64,000 bases of DNA from a virus (taxonomy: Duplodnaviria > Caudoviricetes). Below the pieces are notes generated by a model. It was not told the origin of the DNA. It saw only the letters and a program-made list of their open reading frames with translations, and searched no databases. The stretch is from positions 32,001 through 96,000 of the IMG/VR virus record IMGVR_UViG_3300033074_001909; one strand, 5' to 3'. Both the position numbers and the translations under genes were made by a program. Below, in pieces: positions 1 through 8,595 of this stretch (positions are counted from its first letter, which is position 1; the number at the start of each line of letters is the position of its first letter).

Positions 1-1
1 A

Positions 2-268
2 TCTCGGCGCGCCGAGGAGTCGGTGCTGATCGGCGGAGACATTAGCGTTAAGGTGCTGGAGGCCCGCGAGGGCCGCGTGCGGCTGGGAATCAGTGCCCCG
101 CCATATCTGTCGGTCAATCGACCGGAAATCCATCAAGCCAAGGTGTCGGAGGGGCAGGCCATTTTGTCTGTCGGCGGCCTGCTGGCTGAGAACGAGTCCC
201 TGCGGCGCGAGGTACAACGGCTCCGCGGGAAACTCGATTCCGCGCTGATCACGGAGTTTTTTGGGTAG
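2..268 (+). CDS. csrA: CsrA/RsmA-family translational regulator with C-terminal coiled coil (5'-truncated)
   Basis: Frame open from base 2: SRRAEESVLIGGDISVKVLEAREGRVRLGISAPPYLSVNRPEI follows the CsrA pattern (SRR-xE-xxIGxDI-V-V...VRLGI-AP-xxxV-R-E). Confidence 0.85.
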   Translation, partial: SRRAEESVLIGGDISVKVLEAREGRVRLGISAPPYLSVNRPEIHQAKVSEGQAILSVGGLLAENESLRREVQRLRGKLDSALITEFFG

Positions 269-1595
269 ACTCATGTGGATTCTCCCATCCTCACTATCGG
301 GTCATTCTGTACCGGGGTCGGCTGGCTCGACATCGCCGCCAGACTCGCCCTGCAGTACCACGGCATCCGCACCCGCCCTGCCTTTGCATGTGAGTGGGAC
401 AGTTACGCCGCGACTGTTCTCCGATCGCGCATGGAAGACCAGGCCCTGGAGTCGTGCCCTATTTGGTGCGGCGATCTGCGATCCTTTCCAGCAGCGAATT
501 TTCGAGGAGTCGTGGGTGCGGTCGCTGCGGGCTTCCCGTGCCAAGATATTTCCTGCGCCGGAAGAGGCGACGGCATTTACGGCGCACGCAGCGGCATGTT
601 CTTCGACATCCTCGCCGCCGTTCGCGACATGGGATGCGGGCTCCTGTTTCTGGAGAACGTCGGAGCGATCACTGTTCGGGGGCTGGATGCCGTTCTCGGA
701 TCGTTGGCCGAGGGCGGGTTCTCTGCGGAGTGGACGTGTCTATCGGCGTCCGAAGTTGGCGCTCCGCACAAGCGAGAGCGGTGGTTCTGTGTCGCCGTGG
801 CCGACACCGCGAGGGCACGAAGTTGGTGGCTATCAAAACCAGACGGACGGATCTCGCCTGATGACTCTTACTGGAGCGGCCGACAATTGGCCAACGATCA
901 AAGCCACGGACGAGGCGAAGGGCGGACCGAATCAGCGGGACAGCAGCGGCGCGCCGTCACTGGAGATGGCAGCGGGGAACTGGAGCACGCCCAGCGCGAG
1001 CGACGAGAGCAGAATGACCGGCAAGTCGCTGGCGCAGCACACGGCGATCTGGACGACTCCGCAGTCGCACGACGTAAAAAAACGATCCAGAGGCCAGACC
1101 AGCGGACGCTTGAACAACAAGGCCGGGAACGCGTGTCTGGCGACGGATGCGGAGGTATGGCCGACGCCAGCGGCGCGAGACCACAAGAGCGGACAGGCAA
1201 GCGACGAGACGTTCGGCAGCAACGCGAGGCCACTGAACGAAGTGGCTTGCCGATTTTCCCTCCGGGACCAACGGGAGATTGGAGCGGAATCCCAGAATGG
1301 CTCTGGCCAACGATCCGTCCTCCGCTGGATCGTGGCGAACTTGAAACCGCGCTCCGGAGAACTCTCCGATTGGCTGTCCCTGGCAGAAACCGTCGGGAGC
1401 GACGAAGGAACGCTCGACGCGTTGCTGAGCGTCTTGCCACGGCGGCGGAGGCTCAATCCCGCGTTCGTGAATTGGCTGATGGGCACCCCGTCGCCGCTGT
1501 GGACGCGTCCCGAGCCGATCAACTTCGGTGCGCCGGAAATGGCGTCGTGGTGCTCCAGGCAGCTACGGCGTATGCAGCACTTCTTGGCAGACTAG
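261..1595 (+). CDS. Overlapping-frame partner of the C5 MTase (WxTP repeats and motif IX-like segment); true start uncertain
   Basis: 444-codon open frame with WPTP/WPTI/WSTP/WTTP/WPTP repeats and RRLNPAFVNWLMGTP..WT, resembling phage MTase TRD repeats and motif IX. Confidence 0.65.
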   Translation: MGRLMWILPSSLSGHSVPGSAGSTSPPDSPCSTTASAPALPLHVSGTVTPRLFSDRAWKTRPWSRALFGAAICDPFQQRIFEESWVRSLRASRAKIFPAPEEATAFTAHAAACSSTSSPPFATWDAGSCFWRTSERSLFGGWMPFSDRWPRAGSLRSGRVYRRPKLALRTSESGGSVSPWPTPRGHEVGGYQNQTDGSRLMTLTGAADNWPTIKATDEAKGGPNQRDSSGAPSLEMAAGNWSTPSASDESRMTGKSLAQHTAIWTTPQSHDVKKRSRGQTSGRLNNKAGNACLATDAEVWPTPAARDHKSGQASDETFGSNARPLNEVACRFSLRDQREIGAESQNGSGQRSVLRWIVANLKPRSGELSDWLSLAETVGSDEGTLDALLSVLPRRRRLNPAFVNWLMGTPSPLWTRPEPINFGAPEMASWCSRQLRRMQHFLAD

Positions 1596-1609
1596 GAGTA
1601 ACTGGATGA
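275..1609 (+). CDS. C5-cytosine DNA methyltransferase, catalytic chain
   Basis: Motif I FCTGVG, IV GFPCQDIS, VI ENV, VIII PHKRERWF, X QLRCAGNGVV. Confidence 0.92.
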   Translation: MDSPILTIGSFCTGVGWLDIAARLALQYHGIRTRPAFACEWDSYAATVLRSRMEDQALESCPIWCGDLRSFPAANFRGVVGAVAAGFPCQDISCAGRGDGIYGARSGMFFDILAAVRDMGCGLLFLENVGAITVRGLDAVLGSLAEGGFSAEWTCLSASEVGAPHKRERWFCVAVADTARARSWWLSKPDGRISPDDSYWSGRQLANDQSHGRGEGRTESAGQQRRAVTGDGSGELEHAQRERREQNDRQVAGAAHGDLDDSAVARRKKTIQRPDQRTLEQQGRERVSGDGCGGMADASGARPQERTGKRRDVRQQREATERSGLPIFPPGPTGDWSGIPEWLWPTIRPPLDRGELETALRRTLRLAVPGRNRRERRRNARRVAERLATAAEAQSRVRELADGHPVAAVDASRADQLRCAGNGVVVLQAATAYAALLGRLGVTG

Positions 1610-1818
1610 GCAAGTCCACAACGTTACGAGAGCGAATCTTGATGGCGGCTGCGGATCGCTTCCGACGGTCGAAGGTGTCGGTGCCCGTGGCCCAGCGGAT
1701 GGCCCTCGTGCGGGCCGCGCAAGAGCAATTGCAAAGACTGCGCGACAGTAAGGACAAGGGCGCGCGCCTGAAACGCATGAAACTACGGGCTATCGTCGAC
1801 ACGTTAAAAGCGTCGTAG
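1606..1818 (+). CDS. hypothetical basic protein
   Basis: ATG overlaps the MTase stop; AGGAG upstream. Confidence 0.55.
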   Translation: MSKSTTLRERILMAAADRFRRSKVSVPVAQRMALVRAAQEQLQRLRDSKDKGARLKRMKLRAIVDTLKAS

Positions 1819-1856
1819 GACGACGGAAGTGGTGTGATTTACCAAAGGACGGAAAC

Positions 1857-2258
1857 ATGGGACTGGAACGCTTAACGCTGGAAAATCTGGGGCTGCTCGA
1901 CGACGGGGCCGCCGTGAAACAGTTTTTGCGCCTGCTGGATCAGGCCCAGAACGACATCGCCTCACGGCCGGGCGAAAAGCGGCCGCGCAAGATCCAGATC
2001 ATCCTCTCGCTCAAGCCGAAGTCGATCGTCGAACGCGACGAGGATACTGGTCGCTCCGAGACGATCTTGACGGGTGTCGACCTGGGCATCCTGCTCGACG
2101 TGAAACTGCCGAATCGGCGGACGCTCGAGTACGACTTGGGCATCACCGCCGACGGGGGATTGTACTTCAACAAGGACAGTCCCTTCGATCATCGCCAGCG
2201 CACGCTGCCCTTCACCATGACGGCGCAGGCGACGCCAGTGTCCGAAGTTCAAGAGTGA
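1857..2258 (+). CDS. conserved phage hypothetical protein
   Basis: AAGGA SD, 133 aa, in operon. Confidence 0.7.
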   Translation: MGLERLTLENLGLLDDGAAVKQFLRLLDQAQNDIASRPGEKRPRKIQIILSLKPKSIVERDEDTGRSETILTGVDLGILLDVKLPNRRTLEYDLGITADGGLYFNKDSPFDHRQRTLPFTMTAQATPVSEVQE

Positions 2259-2287
2259 GTTCATTTACCAGCAAAGGAATCGTAGTC

Positions 2288-2620
2288 ATGTCCATGTTGC
2301 GGGAGTTGGTCGAGTATCTATTCACGGAAGGCAAAAAGAGCGCCGAGTACAAACTGCTCGAGCATCCCACCGACCGGGATCAGCGAGTGGTCATTGGGCC
2401 GAATGGTGTCCAAACGATGGAGATGGCGCGGCGCGCCCCGACTGAAGTCATCGAGGTTGTGACGCACGACGATTTTGGGGTGTGCGTCGAATCCCGGAGC
2501 GCCTTGGCCCCGGAAGTCTGGTACGACGACAGCAAAGCGGAAGTCTATTCCGACGACCCGCACCGCGACCTGACGATCCGAGTGCGGTTCCAGCATCAAG
2601 CCCTGAAAGAGGCGGCGTAG
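2288..2620 (+). CDS. hypothetical protein
   Basis: AAGGA SD before ATG 2288; tight operon spacing. Confidence 0.6.
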   Translation: MSMLRELVEYLFTEGKKSAEYKLLEHPTDRDQRVVIGPNGVQTMEMARRAPTEVIEVVTHDDFGVCVESRSALAPEVWYDDSKAEVYSDDPHRDLTIRVRFQHQALKEAA

Positions 2621-2621
2621 T

Positions 2622-3047
2622 ATGTCCCTCGGCGTATCACAGCAGCGGGCCTACAAACTGATCCTGGTGGAGTACCCCTACTGCATGGCTTGCGGCCGGG
2701 ACGCCACGGAGCGGCCCGCTAAGTGGGGCGCGCCGTGGCGGCTCGAGCGGGCCCATTTGGCGGCCGGTCGGTCGAAAATGTGCCGGCACGAGGATCGGCG
2801 GGCGGTGGTGTCGCTGTGTGGCCGGTGTCACCTGCTGCACTCGACGCATGGACGCGGGGTAGCCCGGATTAACGGCCTGGAACTACCGCGGCTGTCGAAC
2901 GCGCATGTGCTGTGGATCAAGCGGGAGCGAGATCCCGAATGGTGGGATCTCGCTTGGATACAAGAGCGGTGGCTGGACGTGGTGCCCGACCCGGAATCGC
3001 CGCCCGAGTGGTTTTTAGCCGAGTTCGAGAGTCGAGGGAGGATTTAG
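2622..3047 (+). CDS. HNH-like Zn-binding nuclease
   Basis: CMAC...LERAH...LCGRCH(LLH) pattern. Confidence 0.6.
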   Translation: MSLGVSQQRAYKLILVEYPYCMACGRDATERPAKWGAPWRLERAHLAAGRSKMCRHEDRRAVVSLCGRCHLLHSTHGRGVARINGLELPRLSNAHVLWIKRERDPEWWDLAWIQERWLDVVPDPESPPEWFLAEFESRGRI

Positions 3048-3050
3048 ACT

Positions 3051-3254
3051 ATGATCGTAATGAGCCGACGACGTGATGAGCAGATTGTGATCGGGGATGA
3101 CATCATCGTGACGGTGGCCGATATCCGTGGTGATCGAGTACGGCTGTGCATCGAATCGCCGAGCGGCGCCACGGTGCATCGCGCCGAAGTGTGGCAGGCG
3201 ATCCAGCGGAATCAGGACCAGCAGACGAGCCCCGAGCCACCTCCGACCAAGTGA
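3051..3254 (+). CDS. csrA: CsrA/RsmA-family regulator (second copy)
   Basis: MIVMSRRRDEQIVIGDDIIVTVADIRGDRVRLCIESPSGATVHRAEV. Confidence 0.9.
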   Translation: MIVMSRRRDEQIVIGDDIIVTVADIRGDRVRLCIESPSGATVHRAEVWQAIQRNQDQQTSPEPPPTK

Positions 3255-3266
3255 AGGGAATGGGCG

Positions 3267-3638
3267 ATGTACTACTTCGGCTGCATCGGCAAACCAGGCC
3301 ATTACCTGTGGGATCAAAGGTTACGACGTCAGTGGCAGACTCCGCGCCATTTTCCGCTGTCGCATTACGAAATTCTCGACGGTGGGTTCCTGCCTCCTGG
3401 CGAGCAGGAACAGGGCCGGGTGGTGATTTGGCGGACGTCGGGCTGGGCGATTGCTTCATTCTGGGATCGCAGTGTCGATGCGCGACCCGGATGCAGTTCG
3501 TCGTTCGTGCTGGAGTGCGAGAACGGCTTGAGTGATACGGCGATTATGGACAGGTGTCGCGCAGCGTTCCCTACGATTTTTGCACGTTTTCAGTTTGCGG
3601 TGAGCATCCCCGATTACAAAGCAGCCAGCGCCCCGTAG
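3267..3638 (+). CDS. conserved phage hypothetical protein
   Basis: MYYFGCIGKPGHYLW...SFWDRSVDARPGCSSSF; SD upstream. Confidence 0.7.
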   Translation: MYYFGCIGKPGHYLWDQRLRRQWQTPRHFPLSHYEILDGGFLPPGEQEQGRVVIWRTSGWAIASFWDRSVDARPGCSSSFVLECENGLSDTAIMDRCRAAFPTIFARFQFAVSIPDYKAASAP

Positions 3639-3656
3639 GTGCTGGGTTAGCACGGC

Positions 3657-3695
3657 GGGGGCCTGGGTTCTGTCTTCTCTCCCAGGCCCCCTTTT
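3657..3695 (+). terminator. intrinsic terminator
   Basis: GGGGGCCTGGG...CCCAGGCCCCC stem followed by TTTT. Confidence 0.7.
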
Positions 3696-4041
3696 GAAAC
3701 TTTGTGCAAGGAATCATGCGGCCCAGCGGGGCAACCCGCCACACACTGCAACGTCGTGGGCATAAGAGACGTTGCCCTGGAGCCTCGCCGTCAGGTTGAC
3801 ACGTTCGCTAACGCAGATGCGAGTGGAAACAGAGGCAAACTTGCGTGACAGCCGGGAGAGACCGGCGCTTTTTTGAAACTTTGTGTGTGGTGCCAACGAG
3901 GAATGGCGGTCCTCGTGAAACCTGGGACGGATAACACGCCCTCCTGGACGCATCCAGGGTGCGGTCCGCCGGAAAAACCGAGCCGGCCAACAACCCAGTC
4001 GTAGATCCAGGTAAGTTCGATGGCCCGTCCCGCCTTTTGAA

Positions 4042-4311
4042 TTGAAAGCGATGATTAAATTTCTGGGAACAGTAGGCGACCGCGAAGTGCTTGGGCTGGG
4101 GTTATCTCGCTATAACTGCGACAAACTGCTGGAAGGCAAGTCGATCCAAATCGACTTGGAAAAGATGCTGGCCGAAACGGATCAGTCATACGATTTGAAC
4201 AAGGCGATCGTGCTGATTTTCGGCGGCGAGACCGAGGCTGACATGCAGTTGGATCTTTACAGAATCACGGGATCGCTTCCGACGCCACGAACGCACCGCG
4301 AGGAGAATTGA
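4042..4311 (+). CDS. hypothetical protein
   Basis: ORF in operon; start uncertain (4042 or 4051). Confidence 0.6.
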   Translation: MKAMIKFLGTVGDREVLGLGLSRYNCDKLLEGKSIQIDLEKMLAETDQSYDLNKAIVLIFGGETEADMQLDLYRITGSLPTPRTHREEN

Positions 4312-4315
4312 GAAT

Positions 4316-4618
4316 ATGCAGGCCGACCAATTCGAGCGACTGATCAACCAAGAGGGCTCCCATCTAGCGTCGCAGGTCAAGATGCTCCGAGAGAAGGCGG
4401 AACATTTGATCGCGGAACACGTCGAGTCGCTCAAGGAACGCGGCGAGGCGTTTGAACTAAGCGAGGACGAATCGCGGTTGCTGATGGCTTACCGCGCTTT
4501 CAAGTCCCGCTCGCCGTCCGGCGCCGTGTTCTCCTGGAAAACGCCCGAGGAAAATGGCATTGTTCTTCCAATATCGCCCTCGTTGATCGTCGACCCCCGG
4601 GAGGTTGTGAATCCATGA
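4316..4618 (+). CDS. hypothetical protein
   Basis: ORF, tight spacing. Confidence 0.65.
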   Translation: MQADQFERLINQEGSHLASQVKMLREKAEHLIAEHVESLKERGEAFELSEDESRLLMAYRAFKSRSPSGAVFSWKTPEENGIVLPISPSLIVDPREVVNP

Positions 4619-4929
4619 TGCTTCTTCCGCCGGCCAAAGGCGTGTGTCCGATTTGTGCGGTCGACCATCCGCCGGAGAATCCGCACAACGCGCAGTCGCT
4701 GTATTACCAGTACCGCTTTTTCGGCATCCGCGGTCGTTGGCCCACCTGGGCAGATGCATTAGCCCACTGCACGCCGGAAATGCAGGCAGCGTGGCGAGAA
4801 GCCTTGGAAAAGTACGGGGAGTGGACCGAACCGGACGATGGCGGGCCGATCGCCGATCCGCCAGCCGAGTCATTCACGCAGCCGATCGGCGATATCAATT
4901 CACGAGGCTTTGGACCGGATGCATCATGA
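4615..4929 (+). CDS. hypothetical protein (CxxC, WPTW)
   Basis: ATGA overlap; CPICAVDH. Confidence 0.65.
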   Translation: MMLLPPAKGVCPICAVDHPPENPHNAQSLYYQYRFFGIRGRWPTWADALAHCTPEMQAAWREALEKYGEWTEPDDGGPIADPPAESFTQPIGDINSRGFGPDAS

Positions 4930-4989
4930 ACAACCAAGTCAGGCTGAATTCCAGTTTCTGAAGATGGCCAGAGCGATGGGATTGAGAAC

Positions 4990-5424
4990 ATGATGGCGCT
5001 AACTATCAGCCAGCCTTTCGCCTCGCTGATCGCGTCCGGCGAGAAGTGGATCGAGAACCGTACGTGGTACACGCCGTATCGCGGGCCGTTGGCGATTCAC
5101 GCCGGCAAGGGGACGCAGTACCTGACTGCGAAGGAACTGCGGCAGTATCCGTCCGGCTGCATCGTCGCGGTCGCGAGGCTCGTTGCTTGCGTGCGTATAG
5201 GCGCAATTCAGTTTAACGATGCCATGCCAGCCCACCGCAAGTGTATTGTGCCTGGCACCACGAAAAACTGGTCCGAGGTCGCGCGCCACAAGCATGTCGA
5301 GGGACCGTGGTGCTGGATTCTCGAAGATGTCGTGAAGTTGGAAACGCCGGTGCCGCTGCGCGGGGCGATGGGGTTGTTCTCCGTGTCGAGTTCGATCGAA
5401 GCATTGTTACGGGAGCATGCGTGA
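4990..5424 (+). CDS. ASCH-domain protein
   Basis: ALTISQPFASLIASGEKWIENRTW..YRGPLAIHAG, RGAMGLF. Confidence 0.9.
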   Translation: MMALTISQPFASLIASGEKWIENRTWYTPYRGPLAIHAGKGTQYLTAKELRQYPSGCIVAVARLVACVRIGAIQFNDAMPAHRKCIVPGTTKNWSEVARHKHVEGPWCWILEDVVKLETPVPLRGAMGLFSVSSSIEALLREHA

Positions 5425-5607
5425 TGGGAGTGGCTTGATCGCGGAAGGCTCAGCTACTGCAAGTTGTGATGTGAGGAATGTCCTGGCCGGCTCCACCCCT
5501 GCGAGCGTGAACGAGTTCCCAAGGCCATCGAGGCTAGAGTATGCCAAGGTGGCGGACCGAGTGCCGTGGCTTGATTTAGGTTGGGCTGGACCAGGACGCA
5601 TTTGTGT

Positions 5608-6561
5608 ATGGGCGCTAACACACTGATTCAATGGGCATCACACACGTTCAATCCATGGCGAGGCTGCACGAAGGTCGCCACCGGCTGCCAGAACTGCTAC
5701 GCCGAATCGCAGTCAAAGCGCAATTCCAAGGTGCTCGGGATCTGGGGACCGAACGGGACGCGAGTGGTGGCGTCCGAAGATATGTGGAGCCAGCCGAAGA
5801 AATGGAACAGCGATGCGGAACGCGATGGCGTGCGGCGACGCGTGTTCTGCGCGTCTCTTGCTGATGTGTTCGAGGACTGGAACGGTCAGATGGTTGACTC
5901 TGCTGGACGCAGGTTGACCGCCAATGCGTGGTATCCAAGTCTAGGTCGCGGCGCATATGACGAGTTGACAATGAGTCACGTGCGCGAGCGGCTGGGGGAA
6001 TTGATCCGCGACACTGAGTGGCTTGACTGGTTGGTGTTAACCAAGAGACCAGAGAATATCCCCCGGATGTTTGAGGATCATATGTTCGGGATTCCGGTCG
6101 ATGGCAGGAAAATTAAAATACCAAATTTGTGGCTCGGCACGTCCATCGCCTGCCAGGAGGACGCCGATCGCAACGTGTCGCCGCTGCTGAAGTGCCGCGA
6201 TCTGGCGCCGGTGTTGTGGCTGTCGGTGGAACCGCTGGTTGAGCGTGTAATGCTTCACCCTTGGATTGAGGACGACACGTTTCATCATGCACAGGGCGTG
6301 GACACAGACTGGGTGGTCGTCGGCGGCGAGAGCGGACCGAATGCCAGGCCGTGCAACGTAGAGTGGATTCGCAGTGTCGTCGAGCAGTGCCAGGACACTG
6401 GCGTACCCGTATTCGTGAAACAGCTCGGATCGCAGCCTACAGAACCGGACGGTGCTGGATTCGTTCGTCACGTCATGCTGCGAGACAAGAAAGGTGGAGA
6501 TCCGAGCGAGTGGCCCAAGGATCTGCGCGTGCGTGAATTCCCAGGAGTCGCGTCGCGATGA
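5608..6561 (+). CDS. DUF5131 / phage Gp37Gp68 family (radical-SAM-like) protein
   Basis: IQWASHTFNPWRGCTKVATGCQNCYA, VFCASLADVFE, LTKRPEN, SVEPL, WVVVGGESG, FVKQLG. Confidence 0.92.
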   Translation: MGANTLIQWASHTFNPWRGCTKVATGCQNCYAESQSKRNSKVLGIWGPNGTRVVASEDMWSQPKKWNSDAERDGVRRRVFCASLADVFEDWNGQMVDSAGRRLTANAWYPSLGRGAYDELTMSHVRERLGELIRDTEWLDWLVLTKRPENIPRMFEDHMFGIPVDGRKIKIPNLWLGTSIACQEDADRNVSPLLKCRDLAPVLWLSVEPLVERVMLHPWIEDDTFHHAQGVDTDWVVVGGESGPNARPCNVEWIRSVVEQCQDTGVPVFVKQLGSQPTEPDGAGFVRHVMLRDKKGGDPSEWPKDLRVREFPGVASR

Positions 6562-6720
6562 CCGCCTGCCGCTGGTGCGGCCGCCACCTGAAAACCAAGG
6601 CGTCCCGCCGACGCGGCTACGGACCGGTCTGCTACCGGAAATACGTCCAACGGAAAGGAAAACCAGACAGGCAGTTACGATTACCGCTCACCTACGATTA
6701 AATTCTGGCCGATAAAGGCA

Positions 6721-6749
6721 TTGACAATATGCAAGAGTAATTGCATATT
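6721..6749 (+). promoter_or_regulatory. sigma70-like promoter overlapped by a palindromic operator
   Basis: TTGACA-17-CATATT; AATATGCAA-N6-TTGCATATT perfect inverted repeat. Confidence 0.7.
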
Positions 6750-6847
6750 TAACCTTTAGCGTGGCTGGTAGCTCGCGTCAAAACGGGCTGTCGGTCGAAG
6801 TGCCCAGGGATGCCGTCTTTTTCCGGGTTTTGCCCGCGAGGTGCGCC

Positions 6848-8314
6848 ATGTCCGTGATTGAATTGAGTAATGTTGGTCCCGTGTCGAAACTCACCATTCC
6901 GATCCCCGAGGATGGTGGCGTGTGTGTCCTTCGCGCCCGCAATGGGCGCGGGAAGACGAAGACACTGGAGGCGATTGAGTCCGTGGTCTCCGGCCGCGGC
7001 AAAGTCGAGGTGCGCGACGGTCAGTTGCGGGGAGAAATCGACGCGTTCGGTGTGAGCATGAAAGTCGGGCGGAGTACCCGCCGCACGGGCGAACTCGAGG
7101 TGAGCAGCCTCGAGGGGCGGCTGTCGGTCGCCGAACTGGTCGACCCCAATCTCAAAAGTCCCGAAGCGGCCGATGCCCGCCGCATCAAGGCCCTCGTGCA
7201 ACTGTCGGGAGTCAATCCATCGGCCGAGTTGTTTTATCGGCTGGTGGGTGGCCGTGAGCGGTTCGAGTCGCTGGTGTCGACGGCGACCATCGAGAGCGAC
7301 GATCTTGTCGTCATGGCCGAGCGGATCAAGCGGGATCTGGAGTCGGCAGCCCGCAAAGAGGAATCGCAGGCGGATCACGCCGACGGGCGGGCGAAGGGGG
7401 CGGCCGAGTCCTTGACCGGCATCGACCTGAAGGCCCCCAGCGACACCGCAGCATTGCAGGCCGAATTGGAAGACGCCATCCGCCAGGAATCCGCCCTGCA
7501 GGCCCAGGCGGAAGCGGAAAGTCGGGTAGCGCACGCCGTCGGCAAGACCCGCGCGCAGCTAGCCGAGGCCGAGAAGTCTTACACCGGCCCCACCTTGGTC
7601 GACACCATCGAGCACGAGCGGTCGGCAGCAACGGCCGCGATCGAGGCGGACGAGGATGTTACCCGTCTGCGCGAACAACTGGCGGCGGCCGAGCGACAAG
7701 CCGAGAAAGCCCATGCCAGCCTGACCGCAGCCCGCAAGGCGCGAGTGCAAGCCGAGCGGCACGAATCCCTGGTGGCGGAATGGCGCCAGCAACTCGCCAC
7801 GACGATTCCGCGCGGGCCGGTGGAAGCCGACCTGGTGGCCGCTCGCGCCAAGATCGTTGCCGCCCGCGAGGCGGTGGAACGCGGGGCGGTAATCCGGCGG
7901 GCTCAGCAGAAAGCCGACGAAGCCCAGCGGTTTTTGGATGAGGCTACCGCGCATCGCAAGGCGAGCGAGGCGCTGCGAGAGGCCGCCAAGGGCACGGACG
8001 AGGTGCTATCGGAGGTGGTCGGCAAGTTGGGCGGTCGCCTGCGGGTGGAGGCTGGGCGGCTCGTCCTGGACACGGCGCGGGGCGCGACCTACTTCGCCGA
8101 GTTGTCTCACGGTGAGCGGTGGAAACTGGCCCTGGACATCGCGATCGACGCGGTGGGACCGCGTGGCGTGCTGACCGTGCCGCAAGAGGCGTGGGAATCG
8201 TGCGACGACTTCGCCCGCGAGGCGATCGTCGAGCACGTGCGGGGAACGGGCGTGGTCTTACTCACGGCCGAATGCAGCCGCGACGAAGAAGTCGTGGCGG
8301 AGGTGCTGCAGTAA
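6848..8314 (+). CDS. SMC/SbcC-like ABC ATPase with central coiled coil
   Basis: IELSNVGPV, Walker A ARNGRGKT, long coiled coil, signature-like LSHGE. Confidence 0.8.
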   Translation: MSVIELSNVGPVSKLTIPIPEDGGVCVLRARNGRGKTKTLEAIESVVSGRGKVEVRDGQLRGEIDAFGVSMKVGRSTRRTGELEVSSLEGRLSVAELVDPNLKSPEAADARRIKALVQLSGVNPSAELFYRLVGGRERFESLVSTATIESDDLVVMAERIKRDLESAARKEESQADHADGRAKGAAESLTGIDLKAPSDTAALQAELEDAIRQESALQAQAEAESRVAHAVGKTRAQLAEAEKSYTGPTLVDTIEHERSAATAAIEADEDVTRLREQLAAAERQAEKAHASLTAARKARVQAERHESLVAEWRQQLATTIPRGPVEADLVAARAKIVAAREAVERGAVIRRAQQKADEAQRFLDEATAHRKASEALREAAKGTDEVLSEVVGKLGGRLRVEAGRLVLDTARGATYFAELSHGERWKLALDIAIDAVGPRGVLTVPQEAWESCDDFAREAIVEHVRGTGVVLLTAECSRDEEVVAEVLQ

Positions 8315-8595
8315 TGGCTCTGTTTCACATTCAAGACGCGGATCGACCCGCGTATGTCGTGGCGAAGACCTATGCCGAAGCCGAAAGAAAATGGAGGGCG
8401 GCTGTGGCGGCCGAGAACGACGGAGATGACGGCGGACCGCCGGCTGGCATTTACCTCGTATGTGACGATCGCGATGTGGCGGCCGAGAACGACGGAGATG
8501 ACGGCGGACCGCCGGCTGGCATTTACCTCGTATGTGACGATCGCGAATTGATTGTCGATCACGACTGGTATGAAGCGAAAGGCGGTGGCGCATGA
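8314..8595 (+). CDS. hypothetical protein with internal 24-aa duplication
   Basis: TAATG overlap; VAAENDGDDGGPPAGIYLVCDDR twice. Confidence 0.65.
   Translation: MALFHIQDADRPAYVVAKTYAEAERKWRAAVAAENDGDDGGPPAGIYLVCDDRDVAAENDGDDGGPPAGIYLVCDDRELIVDHDWYEAKGGGA
8403..8546. repeat. perfect 72-bp tandem duplication
   Basis: 8403-8474 equals 8475-8546. Confidence 0.95.

Noticed and set aside
8403-8546. 72-bp duplication as a functional repeat system
   Set aside because: Only two identical adjacent units; a recent duplication or assembly artefact is the simplest explanation
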